A DNA stretch of 63,447 nucleotides, counting the filler, from Octopus bimaculoides (lineage: Eukaryota), in assembly GCF_001194135.2 (NCBI RefSeq). It is 7 parts of 7 records of this genome, joined end to end, with 100 filler letters (N's around TTAATTAATTAA, not from the genome) between each part and the next. Parts side by side here need not be neighbours in the genome. Positions count along the whole stretch, not along the records: positions 61,408 to 63,447 come from NC_068985.1; 6 more parts are not named here. One strand, written 5' to 3'. Positions 62,160-63,447 of the stretch are shown here, one piece after another. Each line of letters starts with the position of its first letter. Position 1 is the first letter of the stretch. The notes beneath the pieces were generated by a model, which saw only the letters and a list, made by a program, of their open reading frames with translations, ran no database searches and was not told where the DNA came from. The translations under genes were made by a program, and so were the position numbers.

Positions 62160-62386
62160 GTGGATTTGGTAGACGGAAACTGAAAGAAGCCCGTTGCACA
62201 CACACACACACATATATATATAAATGTATGTATGGGTGTATGTATGTCTATCTTTGTGTGTCTGTGTTTGTCCTCCACCATCGTTTGACAACTGATGTTG
62301 GTGCGTTTACCTCCCCGTAACTTAGTGGATTCGGCAAAAGAGTCCGATAGAAAAAATATTAGGCTTACAAAGAATAAGTCCTAGGG
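62160..62386 (+). mobile_element. SINE family B interrupted by a hAT insertion
   Basis: GGATTTGGTAGACGGAAACTGAAAGAAGCCCGT..GGCTTACAAAGAATAAGTCCTAGGG; the usual GTCGATTTG continuation is replaced by the hAT TIR. Confidence 0.85.
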
Positions 62387-62961
62387 CAGAGGTGGGCAAC
62401 CCCTGGCACGCGTGCCAAACATGGCATGCCAATAACTTGTTTCTGGCACGCGAAGCCTTCTCTCAAGTAACCCTCCATTTAACGACTTTTTCTCAATAGT
62501 ATATGGCGACCTTTTATTGCACTGATACATTTTATATTACAAATTAGGGCTACCTTTATTTAAAGATTTCCTCCCAGACCCGACCAGTGTTTTGGTTTCA
62601 GTCTCCGCAACTGGTAGTCGTTGGCAAGAAAACCGCCTCACCTACTTATTCAAAATTTCTCTCGATGCGCGCTACAACAGTGACGTATTCTTGCAGTCCT
62701 GACATCATGCGGGTTTGTAAACTGGTGTTTTTTGCAGATTTTTGTGAACGTTTGAATGACTTGAATGTTAAATTACAGGGCTCTGGTAAGACACTCGATG
62801 TTATGTTTGGTTCCATAAAGGCTTTTGAAATGAAACTAGAAGATTTTAAGAGGGTTGTGAACAATGAGGGATTTCGATACTTCCCAAACCTAAATCGGTA
62901 CATCAATGATCTCTCAAAAGATAACAGAACAGAGCGTCAATGTCTTCAAAAGCTATTTTAA
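62387..62961 (+). mobile_element. hAT (Charlie/SPIN-like) left end plus internal transposase fragment
   Basis: TIR CAGAGGTGGGCAAC, subterminal TGGCACGCGTGCCA palindrome, 8-bp target TCCTAGGG; ORF 62587-62961 FFADFCERLNDLNVKLQG..IKAFEMKL..FRYFPNL. Confidence 0.8.
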
Positions 62962-63001
62962 GCTTTATCAATTTTTAAACTATTTTAATCGATTTATTTG
63001 T

Positions 63002-63085
63002 ACCTCTGAGAAGAGAAATGCGACAATTTGTATCGGTTTGAAAACTCGCCCAATACAAACGGACTCTTCGAAACGATCGTAAGGT
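63002..63085 (+). ncRNA. Type I hammerhead ribozyme (Penelope-type), one core base missing
   Basis: Stem I ACCT/AGGT; CTGA-GA (N7 absent); stem II AGAG/CTCT extended by TTTGTAT/ATACAAA; GAAAC; palindromic stem III ACGATCGT; GUA triplet ending at 63081. Confidence 0.65.
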
Positions 63086-63447
63086 TTTGTAATACTACTT
63101 TTCTTTGGATTGTAATATTGAAGCGCTTGAAACCTAACATGTATTTTGTATTCCACTTTGATTCTTGTTATATTTTGCTCACATTGTACACTAATTAGGT
63201 GCGTTGCAATAAAGGTTTTCTTTTTTTTCTTCTGATATATATGTTAGGGACGACCGGCTGAGAATTTCTTGTCTGTTTATTTACCGTGGTGAAGCTGAGT
63301 CACCTAACAGAATCGAAGAGAGAGATGTGCCGCGGAGGTTTGGTTTGGTGTACATAGTAATTCGTGTTGACGCTGGTTAGTAGTAATCGTAGATTCGTGT
63401 TGGTCATGATGATGATGATGGATAGTAGTAGTAGACTCTTGTTGCTG

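Overview
This is AT-rich eukaryotic genomic DNA full of microsatellites and gaps. Its SINE families and repeat landscape match a coleoid cephalopod, most likely an Octopus draft assembly (inference from recalled repeat consensus sequences, not searched). I find no host protein-coding gene that I can support, and almost every ORF-track entry comes from a microsatellite or N-run. The window is a mosaic of at least three tRNA-derived SINE families and decayed LINE fragments (R4/Dong-like, CR1, L1/Tx1). It also holds DNA transposons (a full-length dead mariner, a maT fragment, two hAT fragments, a pogo end, and a 533-bp non-autonomous Merlin with an 8-bp TSD) and Helentron/DINE-like elements. The most interesting signals are: (i) an open 305-codon Penelope-like GIY-YIG endonuclease frame with no adjacent RT and a ~100-aa low-complexity linker expansion; (ii) several Penelope-type hammerhead ribozyme motifs, two near-complete, none attached to an intact ORF; (iii) the Merlin element, which carries a telomere-like array and whose left junction is duplicated 2.7 kb upstream; and (iv) a bacterial-looking tRNA-Met(CAT) relic inside a direct repeat. 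Six 44N-TTAATTAATTAA-44N spacers are artificial joins, so adjacency across them is not biological evidence. Boundaries of decayed repeats are approximate.
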